A DNA stretch of 64,000 nt from Paramecium tetraurelia. Its lineage: Eukaryota. The translations under genes were made by a program, and so were the position numbers. This document shows positions 1 through 13,612 of this stretch, in pieces (within the stretch, counting starts at the first letter, position 1; every line of letters begins with the position of its first letter). Location: the NCBI GenBank assembly GCA_000165425.1, contig CT868020.1, positions 124,001 to 188,000 on the forward strand, read 5' to 3'. The notes under the pieces are model-generated. The model was not told the origin of the DNA and made no database searches. It worked only from the letters and a program-made list of their open reading frames with translations.

Positions 1-180
1 AAGGCCAAGAGACACGAGGAGAACCAATTGTTGGAGGAATCTCTATTGATATACAGAGAAAGGATAGCAACAGTTAATGAATATCTGAAGAAGAGAGTGA
101 ATGAATATGTTGGAGATTCTTTGATTGAAGAAAACGTTGTAAGCAAATAGCAATCTGTTTCGTAAAGAAAGGGATAATGA
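1..180 (+). CDS. 3' end of a gene entering the window (hypothetical protein)
   Basis: Open frame KAKRHEENQLLEES...SQRKGQ ends at TGA 178-180 under the ciliate code. Confidence 0.65.
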
Positions 181-238
181 GTAATTTCTATTATTCATCG
201 AAGACATATTAAATATATAATGTACTGATGCAAATGTG

Positions 239-688
239 TCAATAAAAGAACCCAAGGATTTTACCTCCTATGTGTCTTTATCTTGCTTCTTCGTGGGTGA
301 GGATGCCAACATTGGTTGTGAGGACTACGCATCCAAATTGTCTGGCTGGAAGAATGTTATTGGCCCATCTTTCGAATTCTCCCAAGGTAACATCATAACG
401 AGGGGAGATCACTCCGCATTTGTTGATACGACCTGGTTTTAATAGTCTATGCAATTACCTAATAATTCAACAACTATTTTGCCACTTCTGTGATCATCCT
501 CACGATTTCAAATTCTCCAATATAGCCATGTCTTTGCATCACTTACAAGAATTTCACTACCAATTTTGATGTAGGTCTGATCAACACTTGCTTTCTTCCT
601 TATCTAAAATCACATTTCGATTCATTATATACCTTTCAGCATTTACGATTGAACGTAAACAATCATTCAAAACATTCATCTTCACCAT
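239..688 (-). CDS. RPS15A: 40S ribosomal protein S15a (uS8), 2 introns, apparent 2-nt frameshift
   Basis: [49 protein letters not shown] / [29 protein letters not shown]. Introns at 604-632 (29 nt) and 433-458 (26 nt). Two extra bases at ~499-500. Confidence 0.95.
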
Positions 689-740
689 AGCTTAAAAATC
701 AAGAAATAAAAGATTATTTTAATTTTTTATTATTAAAACA

Positions 741-1499
741 ATGATTCCCGAACATATAATCTAAAAACTCAAACCAAAAAAAGGCCATTATTCAATCGAT
801 GTTAAGGAATCCTTCATAGATAAACAACGCCGTCTCAGTGAAATTGAACGACAAACTGTTCTTCAAAAAAAACACAAAGAAATGCAACTGTTTAGATAAA
901 CATTCTCTTCATCCAATTCCAAATTGTCTAAGCCAGGCAAAAGAATTATGATTAAAATTATGGGATGCAGTCAAGCCATTCCATTAGAACTATATTAATA
1001 AACTAACTCCACTCCCATTCCTCCTACACCATTATCTAATATTGCTCGTAAACACTATTAATCGTTATCATTATCCTAATCCTAGCCAAAATTGGAGTCA
1101 GAGGGGAATTACAATACCACTTTAAGAAAGGAACCAGAACTCCAATTGAACACTTAATAAGATACACACAATCAACTTGAATAATAAAATTAAAATATAT
1201 AAACAGAATAAATCGAACCATTAGAACAAATACAAATAACCCCTACTGAAGAAAATAATAATGATCACATATAATGCATGGTTGAATAGCACTTATCGGA
1301 TTATTAAGCTTTTGTTATGCATTTGGCAGGTATACTATTAAAAGATAAAAGATAGGGAAATGTATTTGTGTTTAATGTCCATGTGGAAAATGTAAATGCA
1401 AATACGAGTATTAACCATTTAAACCTAATATCTCATGGAAATCTCATTACAATTAGGAGTACAAGGAATCCCCAATTAAGGATTAAGAACTCAAAATGA
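741..1499 (+). CDS. Hypothetical protein (~252 aa)
   Basis: ATG 741 is in frame with TGA 1497-1499 and open under code 6: MIPEHIIQKLKPKK...LRIKNSK*. Confidence 0.7.
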
Positions 1500-1555
1500 A
1501 CTTGAATTCTATTGGTCGATATTAAACTTTAGATTTAAATGAATTTAAAACAACT

Positions 1556-2113
1556 ATGGCATCTGATTATAAATAATGTGATGCCTATCCAAATCATGTG
1601 ATTGAGAAACCTAAATACTAAGCTAATTATGGATCCACTCCAATGACATCATATAATGTATAAAAATATTCTTAATTTAGAAATTCTATATGGATTATGG
1701 GGACTTACACCATGAATAATTTAAACAAAGTCATTATAAGACTGTGATTCCAGAATTAAAGTTTAATTCGTCAACAACGTATGGTAGCGAATTCAAGACA
1801 CCCAAATAAGTAGACACAACTGTAATTGATACATATGTCATTAGAGAGTCAAAAGCCACCTAATGGTAAGCCTTTTCCGACGATTGACTTATTTTTAGGA
1901 TAATCATAAAATAAAACTACTTATGATTTAAAAGTTGTAGAAAAATGTTTCTAATTGAAGAACTATTAAGAGGTAATCAAATCAATGTTACAGTAGCCAA
2001 TCTAAACAATTCCAGCTTATTAGAAATAATTTGTGAGTATGACAAAAAAGGATTTTGTAATAAAAGAGGTTCCATGTATTAGGAATTAATATTCATAGCA
2101 ATAATAATATTGA
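1556..2113 (+). CDS. SAXO/STOP-like microtubule-associated protein (probable)
   Basis: Repeated T/S-T/S-Y-x-x-x-F/Y type motifs (MTSYNKFY, STTYGSEF, SMTKKDF) and two ~23-nt GTA..TAG introns. Confidence 0.55.
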
Positions 2114-2167
2114 GAAATAGTAGATTTTATTATATATATATATCTAATACGTTAATTATTTTGTTAA

Positions 2168-5100
2168 TCATACCTGAAGTTATACAATTGATTGTCCATT
2201 TGACATTAAGTAGACTTTACTATCGTCTTGCGACCATTACATTTAGGGATGATTTAAAGGCTAATACTTAACAGAAGTATCTTTAGCTGCTTTCCCTTGT
2301 ATACCGATGATGGCTCCGAAGAATCTAATTAGATAGTTTAATCTCCATACCCTGTTGATCCAACCTTCCAAATTTTGACCTTCCAATCAGCATCACTAAA
2401 ACTTGCCAACTGTTTACCTGTATGGTCGAATTCCAGACAATTAACTTAACCACTGTGTCCATCCAAGACTCTCCATTTAACAGCAGTTCTCAAGTCGTAG
2501 ATAATAATTTGAGTATCTCCAATTGCGATCTTTTAAGTTTGTTGATGGAAACAAACACACTTAAAGGTTTTGCAAATAGTTTGCAAGGCATAAGTAGCAG
2601 ATCTATGACACACTTTCCGCAGATTGGGATTGTTTGGATCAAGACTTTTTAGAATGATATCCATAAGGGATGGTAATAGTTTGTGGATGTTATTATGTTA
2701 GGATTTAATGTAGTATCTTATGATTTCAATGATGGAGGAAGGATACAAAAAATGTGTTTCTAAATTCACAATATCCTTGTTCAAGATCTTGGTAAATTCT
2801 AAAGGAGCTGCAATGGCAACTTAAATGATACTTTTGGCAGTGAGTTGTCTCATTCTTTTTTTCATTTCTTCTGACTACTTACTAATTTCTTTTAATAAGT
2901 TAATCAACTGCATTTGTTGACCACCTTAAGTGAGAATCTCTGAGTAATCTATCACAGTATTGTAATGAAAAAAGATGAAGAATAGATTTTTGAAAATATC
3001 AGATGGATTATAAGAATTTCGAAAATGCTGTTAAACATCAACAAATACCTTTAGAAGAGGTGCACAAAGGTGAGGATTTACAATACAATTTTTGAGATGT
3101 AATCCTTAAATCACTCTTCGTTTTTAATCTTCACTTTATGCGAGAGTCTAACACATCCCTGTTAAATAGGATTCTAAAATAAGAAGGATTACCTCCACAT
3201 TTGAAAAAGTATGTCCTTGCTGCTCCTTATTTAGATCTAGCAGCTCTCTAATTAATTTATGCTATTCATGCATATCTTAATCAGACTTTCTAATTTATGA
3301 AAGTATTAAATTACATGCGGCATTCATGACTTCATTGGATTCATCTATTGTGTATTAGGCTAACAGAAATAAATCCAAGGGCTTAAAATTTACATCCAGC
3401 GATTGTTTTTTCTTTGTCAGCAACTCAACAGTTTGTATCATCAATTAATTGAATACTTAAGCCTCCTTGGATAAACAAGACAGATAGAAATGCATCAATG
3501 ACATCGCTCTTTATGTAGTGAAATGAGGTGACACATCCCAGCCACGAGACAATGCAAAACTAACACAATAACCCATTGATTGCACTCCAATCAAAGGAGA
3601 GAATGTCGGTTTCTAATAGTTCAATATCTAGTCTAACTATGTACTTAATTGAGCATCAGCCTCCCAAGGATGCAAGATTAAAAATAATCTATTCTAATTA
3701 TGGTTATCTCCTGATTTCTTCAGGTCCCACCACTCCAATTCCCCTATACTGGTTTCTACAAACTTACACATCCTCATGTTGTTTTTAACTGAATTGTGAT
3801 CTATCAAATACAGCATCTTCGCTGCTTATTCAGCCTCGAATTACCACTGTTTAAATTAGCCTCCTACTTCATACAAACTAGGATAAGGAGACTGCATCTT
3901 AATGTAATTATTCCGTTATTGAAACTCCAAAAATTGATACACTTTACTGATTGATTTATTGAATTCTTTCTTGAACTCACTTAAATGATGATGGCTAATC
4001 ATCTTTTCTTTAACTTTATTCAACTTCTTTTCCACTTGAAATAGTGAATGGTACTATTCTATCATCAATGTTCTCAAATATCTCCCCTTGTAATCAAATA
4101 CCAAAGACTCCCCTCCTTAAACTACCACAAACCACTAATCTCCTTGATCCTCATAATACAACCCCAAAACCTATTGATTTATCCCATGCAATTTCAATTA
4201 CACTCCTCCATCTTGTAAATTTATAATTAGAATAACATTATTCTCCATCAAAATGGCAATCTTTTAGAATTTTTATGACTAATTAGTTGTTTAAACTTCT
4301 TCATATGATTCATTCTCCAATTTATGAATTCTTATTGTTTTCTTTGCATAACTTGGGAAATAAATCCTCTGCGATGGTTCCAAATCTATGAATTCTACTT
4401 ATTGTTCTCCCATCCTCTCATTAAATACTTAACTATAATCCAATATTATAAACTATCCACTCTCAGAACTGGCAATCAGACACTTCCCTTTCTAGTATAT
4501 AAATGTGACTGCTTTTTCATCCAATTTGATTCTGTAAATAAAATATGATTTACTACTATATGTAGTTGGAAATCCAAATATGGTACTATTACTGCAACCA
4601 AACCAATAAATTTGGCTCTCCTCACTTACACTAATAAATGCACTTGTGATTTATGTTTCAATATTTATATATGGCAGATATTTAGTCTTGAACTATGAGG
4701 AAGTCATTTGACCTAGATTCCAAACCAAATCCTCATTGTAGGATTTTGTGAAATCAAATGCCTCCTTTTGTTTGCATCCTAGTCTCAAGGTTTCGATCTT
4801 AATCAAGTCAGAAAATGTGTTGAATGACCATTAAAACCCATTGAATTTGATGTCTGAATCAGGTTGTTCGATGCGAATCAAAGACATATCCAAAGTCGCA
4901 TCCTTCAAATTGTATTTACACAAACACTAATTTTTATATTGGTACACAAGGTGATTTAATATGAAAATACCGTTGAGCTCTTTCTGAACTTCAGAACCGG
5001 ATATCAATTCCTAGAAATTAATTTGAAGTCTACTGAACCGAGAACCTGCAATTTTAGTAAACTGAAACTCTTTAAAGCCATAGACAAAATCAGATTGTTC

Positions 5101-6018
5101 CTTCAGGATGGACAACAAATAGATGATATCTTTGTATTCTAATCCAAGGACACTCCCATTCCTGGTAGTTATGTAGAGATGGTCTTATGAATAATGAACC
5201 ATAGAAAACTTTTGATTGTTTTTCGATTGACTAATACACATAATCCAAGGAGTGTCATAGATCTCAAAAACCAAGTAAAGTTATCGATGCATCAAGATGG
5301 TCAGATGCTGAAATTGCTGATTAAAACTCATGTGTCTGATGCGATTGCTTAAGAGGCCTTCGATTTTAAGTTTCCTCAATCCATCACATAATTTAAGTTC
5401 CTTGAAATCTTGCTTAATTGAATCTCTCTTCTTTTTGTATAACTTATAGTTCAAATATCTTTCGTTGTTCAGAGGGGACAAATTGATAAGATGCAAGCAG
5501 TTATCCTTATCCAATATGCACACAGTATTTGGATCGATTTAACAGGAGGAACGTAATTTACAGTCATATTGTTTAACACTTCTCATTTTCCAAAGATCGA
5601 AAAGACTCACACCATTCTACATTCCCAACATCAAGAACCTACAATTATTGGAACTTAAAGGAATACAGTATTGTACAGGTCCTGCACTCTCATGTGCTGA
5701 TATTGCGACACAGCGACCATCATTACAATCAAAGATTCTTATTCTCTTGTCCTCATGAATTGTGAGTATGCATTCTTCTGCTCTATCCAAAATGTTGAGG
5801 AATGACATTCGAACTAAATTCATGGTCAATAGTTTTCCATAGGCATTTGAAAGGTTTGGGTAAATCACAATCCTGGGATTCAGATCCTGCATCCAAATTA
5901 CAATGTCTCCATGCTGGCCAGCAGTCACCAAAACATTATCATTCGCAATTATGGTTTAGACAACATGATTCTGAAGGGTCCTGTTTCTGTAGAGCAAGGG
6001 AAATATAAAATTAGGCAT
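2168..6018 (-). CDS. WDR7: WD40 protein WDR7/rabconnectin-3beta-like (~1,274 aa)
   Basis: N-terminus VTAGQHGDIVIW..IRIFDCNDGRC. C-terminus ILKSLDPNNPNLRKVC..CFHQQTQKIAIG..YDLRTAVKWRVLDGH. One 26-nt intron near 2327-2352 restores the length to 3n. Confidence 0.85.
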
Positions 6019-6169
6019 TATTTTGTGCAATATAATAATATATAGTTTGCAATTTATTTATTTTATTTTCATTCATTCTTTCGTTCTTCTTCCTTCACCT
6101 TCATTTTGCGTATCCCATTTAATATTTAATGCTATTGCAGAAGATAAATTAATTTAAAAATTATTATTT

Positions 6170-8075
6170 ATGGAAGCTGCAGTTGGAATTGAATCATTCC
6201 TGCAAGAAGGATATCCATTTAAGTGTATCTTCAAACATCGCTTTACCGATTTCATTGTATAGGAAATCGATCTCAAGAATTAAGTGGCAGTGATATCCGA
6301 TAAAACCAAATGGAACAATACCGATCAGAAGCAGGATCAACCATTCCAAAAAAAAGACAAGGCATTACCCTTTGCAAATTTGACTCTGTCTGAAGAATTT
6401 CTATAGCAATCCACTCAACTATTTGGACAAGAGGTCACCGAATAATTCAAATAATTTGTTGAGAAGGTGAAGACCACTGGCAAATGTGTATAATTTGAGA
6501 CTAAAGTCCCTTTGCCTGAATCAAAAGAAGATAGAATTAAGGTGCATCAATTGATTAGGTAAAATATTCCAATCCTTGAATCCTTCACTAAAAATGTCCA
6601 CAATTAAAAGAGCAAAGCAGAAAAGAAGGAAGACAAAGCAAATGAAAAACTTTAAGAACAAGTCCTCTAAGATCACATTCTCATCAAGACTAGTACCATA
6701 AACTTCAAAAAATATGTGGCTAGTCAGACTACAAGCAAAGCCTATGGAGAAAGTAAGAAATTTGTCAAATTTTTGTTGATGAAAAGAAACATTGATTCGA
6801 TCAATGCAGGAATGTTTATATCGAAGTAACTTGGATTATCGAATAAGCACTTTGCTATTGCAGGCACAAAGGATAAAAGAGGCATTACGACTTAATGGGC
6901 TACACTTTAAGGAATGGAAATAGGTTAGTTGATAGAAATATAGGAAAGAAAGTTTTGGAATTCGAACATCTTGATGTCTGATTACTCATATTAGGATTCA
7001 GGAATTAGATTAGGAGACTTATAAGGAAACAAGTTTTGTGTCACCTTGAGGTTTCTGAGTGAGTTGACACAAAATCAATAATGGGAATTAGCAAAGAACA
7101 TTGAAAATTTAAAATCATATGGATTTGTGAATTATTTTGGTCTATAAAGATTCGGATCCAAATCCAAAATTAAGACTCATCAGATAGGCAAGGAAATAAT
7201 CAAGAAGAATTGGAAGGAATGCATTCGATTGATCCTATTGTCATCGCAACAAGAAGACGAGGAGAGAATCAATTAATTATTTGAACTTGATGATTTTGTA
7301 ACGATGTCCACTCTTATTAATCCAAAGTTAAGGATTGACAAATAATTGGTAGACAGTTTATTGTAAAATGGAGTGCATAATTACTTTACAGCATTACAGA
7401 GTCTGCCTAGAAATGCAAGAGAACTCTACCTCCATGCTTATCAGAGTTATATTTGGAATAGAATGGCATCGATGAGAATCAAATAATTTGGAAACAAGAT
7501 CGTTGTAGGTGATATTGTAAGTGCCACTATTCTGGATGAAGGAGTTGCAGAAGAAGGAGAGGAAATCGTTTAACAGGTTGCAGAAGATGAAGAACAATAG
7601 AAAAATCAAACAATTTCGGCTTGTGTTCTTGTGACTGAATAGAATATTTCACAATATACCTTTGACCAAATAGTTTTGCCAATCTATGGACACAAAATCA
7701 CCATTCCTGAAGAATCTATAGCTTCGAGTTTATTGAAGGAAATATTTTAGGAGGAACAAATTACTAAATAAGATTTCGAGGATGCTTCCAATAAGTTTTT
7801 TATTGATGGCAATTTCAGATATTTTGTACACCCTTCTATTTATTTAGGTTTAAATTCCAACTGAAGTGGATCATCAATTATTCAAGTATTAGAACAAAGA
7901 TCAAGATGTGGTTGATTCCTTTGGAGAACTAATCGTCGACCAAGGGACATATTAAGGTTTGCTTTTCAGGTTCAAGTTAAAGAAAAGTAGTTATGCAACT
8001 ATGCTAATAAGAGAGCTCACTAAATGCCCATCAACTTTGGAGTTTTAATAAGAGTTAAGTGTAGAATTCAAATGA
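6170..8075 (+). CDS. PUS7: Pseudouridine synthase 7 (TruD family)
   Basis: [14 protein letters not shown], catalytic [53 protein letters not shown]. One 22-nt intron near 7826. Confidence 0.95.
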
Positions 8076-8165
8076 GTATTTTCTACAATCTTGTAAAGGT
8101 GTATTTGAATTTAATTTCTTAACAATCATGTTTATTCTATACATGGAATTTATATTATTCAAGAC

Positions 8166-8375
8166 TCAATTGATGTTAAGCTTAGTTCTTCTCCAGTGTC
8201 TTCTCTTTGAATTATACCTTTACTATTGTGTAATGCAAATACCTAATTGTGTTGTCTGTTCTGTATCTGAACCAATTTGGTAGGGGTCTGTTTTGTTTGT
8301 TAGCCTTAATCAATCTTTTCTTCATTCTCAAGGATTTATGGGCTCCCTAATTCAATAGAAGTATATGAATACCAT
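8166..8375 (-). CDS. RPL39: 60S ribosomal protein L39 (eL39), 2 introns
   Basis: [52 protein letters not shown]. The first intron directly follows the ATG. Confidence 0.97.
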
Positions 8376-8712
8376 TTTTAAATCTTTTTTAATTTATTTA
8401 ATATATTAAATGAACAAATAAATTAATCACAAATCCTATCTAACTTATTAGGTTATCCTCTAAACCTCCTATTTTTGGATTAGCAATCAAAACTTAACTC
8501 ATTAATAGGAGCAAGTAAGTATGTATTTGAACTATTCCTAATACTTTTGGATTTGGGAATAAAATAATAAAATTTTGATACCCTTTTGAAGTATTAGTGA
8601 TCATAGTCTTACAAATTTTGTTTGTTTATTCAAATGGCATTTCTATATTGCATAATAATTTTATTTTTCTTAATTCAGTAACAATGCATCAAAGCATATT
8701 TTTTTTAATTTA

Positions 8713-9361
8713 ATGAAATAAGTAGTGGCAAGTAATGAGTACTACACGATGAAAAAGGTTTAAATGCTCCATTCGCATGCTCAAACCAAAGACTCGAGTT
8801 TAACTTTGGGGCGAACTACTAGTTATGAATCAAGCTAATTTTGTCGCAATTTGGACATGATGATTTATAGAAGGGCGTCTACAAAAGAGGAAGTTAATAA
8901 TTCAGCCATATCGAAACATCTCTAGAATTAGGATGAAAAACTAGCGATCAGTAACATTAATTGGATCAAGTAATTACCAATTTAAAATAGAAGTCCCTCT
9001 CTCTATATTGAGATGAATGAACTGCAGACCAAAGTGTGGAGGGCTTTAAGAAAACAATAGTTGGTATAAAACACGAATATACAAGCAATCAGTTTATTCA
9101 GTTGAGATCATAGTGTTGAAGAATCAAAGTGAGTTTGAGTTCACATTTGATATCAGTCATCTTTCATGTTTCCTAAGAGTCAGGGAATTGGGCATTCTGA
9201 TAAATGAAACATGTGCAGACAGAGTTAAATTGAAATCGCCATATTTGTCAATCTTGATAGGCAGAGTAAAGACACAGAAATTGGATGGGAATATGAAACT
9301 CTTTGAACTTGCTCATATCCTGATCAATGGATAAAGGACTCTTATTTTATAAGAATCCTGA
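8713..9361 (+). CDS. Hypothetical protein, one intron
   Basis: MKQVVASNEYY..KVWRALRKQQL, then a 22-nt intron near 9064, then ..LFELAHILINGQRTLILQES*. Confidence 0.7.
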
Positions 9362-9459
9362 ATACAATTTTGATGATAATAAATAAAAATTATAAATTTG
9401 TTACTTATTATATATTAATCCTTTCATTTTGAGATTTTGCTATAATTAAAATTAAGTAA

Positions 9460-11619
9460 ATGCACTAAATGCTATAATAATCTATTCATCAACAAAAAAT
9501 AGTCGAACTTACGAATTAAGGTATTCATAAAGTTGCTTATTCTTAGGTTTGTATGTTTAATTGGAGGAGTACATCAGAACGAATCAAATAACACAACAAA
9601 GTTACTCGTAAGCCTTCTTGGAGTGCATACAGTATACGAGGGATAGTGAGGATCACTTCCAATGCATCCAACAAATTCTAAAGTAATTATTTTTCAAACT
9701 TTAAGACAATCTATTGATTTTAATTATAAAGACAATTAGGGCAACACGGCAATAGTTTATGCAGCGAGAACAGCCAAGATTAGTATTCTGAATGAATTAA
9801 TCAAATATAAAGAGAAAATAGAAACTAAATAAATTAAGCTCGCACTTGACATTGCAATCCAATCCGAATAGGATAATTGGGATATTGTTGAAACTCTCTT
9901 ATAAATTACATCTCTCGATAAACCATAACATTTAATTAAATCCCTACACAAGGGCAATTACAAGACAGCTGCAAAAATAATTGAGAAATATGGAGCATCT
10001 GGTTAAGATGAAAGTGGTGACACCGCCTTACATGTGGCATCTCGCAAAGGAGAATTAAATATCATCAAATAGATCTGTCAAAAGGAATACCTATTTCAAA
10101 AGAAAAATAAATAGAATCAAATTCCTCTGGATGTAGCTTGCAATGAAAAAACAAAAGAATTGTTAATTTTGGAAGAGACTCAATTTACAAAATCTCCCAA
10201 TCGAAAAAAGAAGCAAGAGGAAATTTCAAGAGAATACTCAGAAAACAGGAAAATAGGAAGAACAGCCTGATATTCTACCAAAGGTGGTTAAAATCATTTA
10301 ATAGAGAGAATAAGAGACTTAGACTGATGTGAAGGAAAAAAAGGAATTGGAAGTGTAGTGTCCAGAACCTACATGCATAAATTAACCCTTCTATAATCAA
10401 TTGATTTCTGAGTCCCAATTCACATTACCGCAACACAAAATAAGTTTGGATGATATAGTTAAGTATACAAATTTGGGTGATTTAATAGGCAACTTACCTT
10501 TGAAATCAACACGTTTACTCAAGAGCTCAGTAAATACTTGGATGAACAGAAACCAATCATTGATAAGGTAGTCTAATTGGTGGATGAGGTAATTGTTATT
10601 AATTGATTCTCAGACTGTTCAAAATGTGCAACCCAAATCTCGTGCTTTTCTCTATGGATCTTGTTAAACCGGACTGAATCTGCTGGATTCGGATATCGAT
10701 ATAGTTATTGAGACAGTTGAGCAAGAAGAGATCATCTTGTTGTTCAAATTAGCAGATCAATTCAAAGTATCATAGAATTTAGTTTTAGAGGACAAGCTTT
10801 ATCAAGGATGTCAAAGTAATTGATAATGCGAAGAAACCTGTGTTGAAGATGCAATGTTCAAAGGAGTTTTAAGAGAAACTAATTGATATCACGATTAGTA
10901 GGAATGATCATTTCGGGAGGAAGACTGCCAATTCCATGATGGAGTTCTAGAAAGAGTTTAAATAGTTCAAGAGTTTGGCTTTGATGTTGAAGTTCTACTT
11001 CAAGTCAATAAATTTGTTGAATGCGTATCAAGTATTGAGTACTTTAATAAGGGTGGTCTGAATAGTTATTGTGTATTGACTATGATTCTGGCTCTGTTGT
11101 AGATCAAAAGAATCAGAGACAACGAGAATGAGGAGATCGGCAAAACCTTTTTGGACTTCTTTGATCTCTTCAGTCAAGACATAGACTTTTACAACAAAAT
11201 AATCAACATAGTGCCTTCCTCATCTGAGAATATGCAAATTGATGAACCGAATATTTATTAATAGCAATATTTTTAATTGTATGCATCTCTAGTATATAGT
11301 TAGTGATCAAGGATATTAAGAATTGATTATTTTGGATCTCCACAATAAAAGCAACAACATCGCCAGTAGCACTTTCAAGATTAAGAATATTAAGGTATGT
11401 TGATATCAGTAAATGAATGAATAGAATGCTCTTAGTTTTGGATATAGTGCAATCCTGAATGCCAAGAAGTGTGAGCAACCTTGTTTCTTCTCCAGATATA
11501 ACAAACCCGTTTGTTGCATATTGAAACAAATGATTTAGCAATCAAAAAACAATCATTTGAATAGCCACTTCAAAAGTAAGTAACCCTTTTATCTGTTTAA
11601 TTATAATAATACTTATTGA
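9460..11619 (+). CDS. Ankyrin-repeat + non-canonical poly(A)/poly(U) polymerase (Trf4/Cid-type)
   Basis: Ankyrin repeats DNQGNTAIVYAA and DESGDTALHVAS. Pol-beta motif FLYGSCQTGLNLLDSDIDIV, third Asp in IDITI, AYQGGLNSY, PAP-associated ILDLHNKSNNIASSTFKI. Six 20-30 nt introns. Confidence 0.88.
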
Positions 11620-11662
11620 TGAGTTTAAATGTGTATTTAAAATAATATCAATTATATCCCGA

Positions 11663-13580
11663 TCAAAATTTATGAAATTTATTATCATTCCTAGGATTGG
11701 ACTTATCTACAACTACTTCGATATTGTTTTCGTATGCTAATTGGCAAATCTCAGCAAGAAAGGTTCTTGAATTATGGATGTAAGTACCACCTAACAAAAT
11801 GTTTGGCTAATTGGCTAACACATTATTCTCAATTAAATACGTTATTTATTCAATAATCCAATTTCCTTGACTTCTTCAAAAGATGTTCCCCCAACATAAA
11901 ATATAATAATCTCACTGGGTCTATCTCTGAACTAATTCAAGTTGGTGGATGGGAATTCGTTCTCCTTGATTTTGTTGGTTAGGATTTGTTCTAGGATAGT
12001 TAGGAAATACGGTTGATGTTGAGTGTAGATATTTGGAACATCCTTGAAAACAGACTTAAACTTTTGTTATGCCTTAGAAAATATATTCTTATCACTGAAT
12101 AAATCACCTTGACGTCTAGCCTTACCAGAGTAATCCAATAGGTGATTGATCAAATTTAAACTGTTGTTCTTGACACCTAAATCTCTCAATACGTCCTTCA
12201 TCCTTGAGATCTTATCACAATTTTCATATCTCAAAGCATATAACATAACCAACTTTAATTTCTCATATGTCTAAATGGTTCTATCTTCAAGCATCTAAAA
12301 TACAGCTTTTTAATGCTCAGACTTTGCTTCATTACAAACAATGTCTTGTTCAATTTTCGATACTTTGAGTAATTGTCTCTCTTCAACTAATTTAGACAAT
12401 TCACAACTCAAAGCAACATGTTTGGACAAATTACCACTCATCTTCCTTATTTCTGGAATCTTATCCACAGCCTTTTGCATATCTTCTAATGAATTTATTT
12501 AGACTGTTTCCTTCTTTTGTTAGGTAACTTTATCGATGAAATCTTTGATGTTCTATGCTAATTCTCCAAAATTAGAGTACTCATTCTCAGCAAAGAAGTC
12601 ATCCAAAGCAGAAGATATAACAAACTCATTTTCTGAATCAGTTTTATTGATACTCTAATCATATGAATGCATAATTATACAGCTGCCTAATTCAATGCCT
12701 TTTAGCCTTAACGAATATCGATTCTATTATTCTGGATTCCAATCAACTCATGGAGCATAGCCTAATAGGTCCATTAATTCAATAATAGAGTGGCTGGATC
12801 TTCCCTTCTATCCAAGATCAAGAGTAGACAATTTGAAAGCATAAATTAAGACTAGGATTGTTCATACTCTTCTCTCATTGTTTAACTTAGCCTTTAAGCC
12901 AATTTAGCACAAATTTCACTTGACCCCTGATATCGGATCATCGGAATTCGTCGTAGACTGTAAATGGCAGCACTCAATCCCTCGAGAACTCTTTGAAATA
13001 GTTGTTCATCTTTGGAATTCCATTGTGAAACACTTTTGGTTAATGAAATGGTAGAGGGTAGATTTAATGTAAATGTATCGGGTTGCACTATGTAATAATC
13101 CAAATAGATTTCTTGTAGTTGTTTGATGAGATCAGAACCATCTGCTTCTGCCAATTATTCTATGTAAAAATTGCTTAGAGTATTGGTGAAGAAGATGTAG
13201 TATTCGCAAAATCTCTTGTCCTTAATTTCTTAGAGCAGCAATGTTTAATTTTCCTAAAGATTTAAAATGCATTCCATACTTGAGTCGGTCGAATCAAAAA
13301 GATAACCTTCATATGCTAAAGCTTTTATTTGGTAGAAGCATCTGCCTCTATCTTTTCCATCAAATAGACGTCCTTCTTCAGAATTTACGATTGAGAGTAG
13401 ATGAGAGAAATGATGCCAATAGTTTCCTAATCCAAAATGAGGCATTTCATTCCTTCGATGATACTTGTATATATATCTACCTGACACCTCCGACAGAATT
13501 CGATCAATGTAGTCTGTGGCTGAGTTGAGTAGATTGAGAGTATATTTTTTTTGGGGTGCTCCTCGAGTTTATTATATCAT
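11663..13580 (-). CDS. VPS45: Sec1/Munc18-family protein VPS45
   Basis: [86 protein letters not shown]. Several tiny introns. Confidence 0.93.
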
Positions 13581-13612
13581 TATAAATTATCAGAATTTAG
13601 TCAAATTAAAAC

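Noticed and set aside
499..503. GTGAG on the minus strand as a 5-nt 'intron' rescuing the RPS15A frame
   Set aside because: Far below any known intron size, and it would delete a conserved residue before DDHR.
3174..3192. 19-nt GTA..TAG intron-like segment in WDR7
   Set aside because: The unspliced frame is open, while splicing creates a TGA soon after, so it is coding.
8410..8590. Short plus-strand ORF MNKQINHKSY..
   Set aside because: About 59 codons with no motif; expected by chance when TGA is the only stop.
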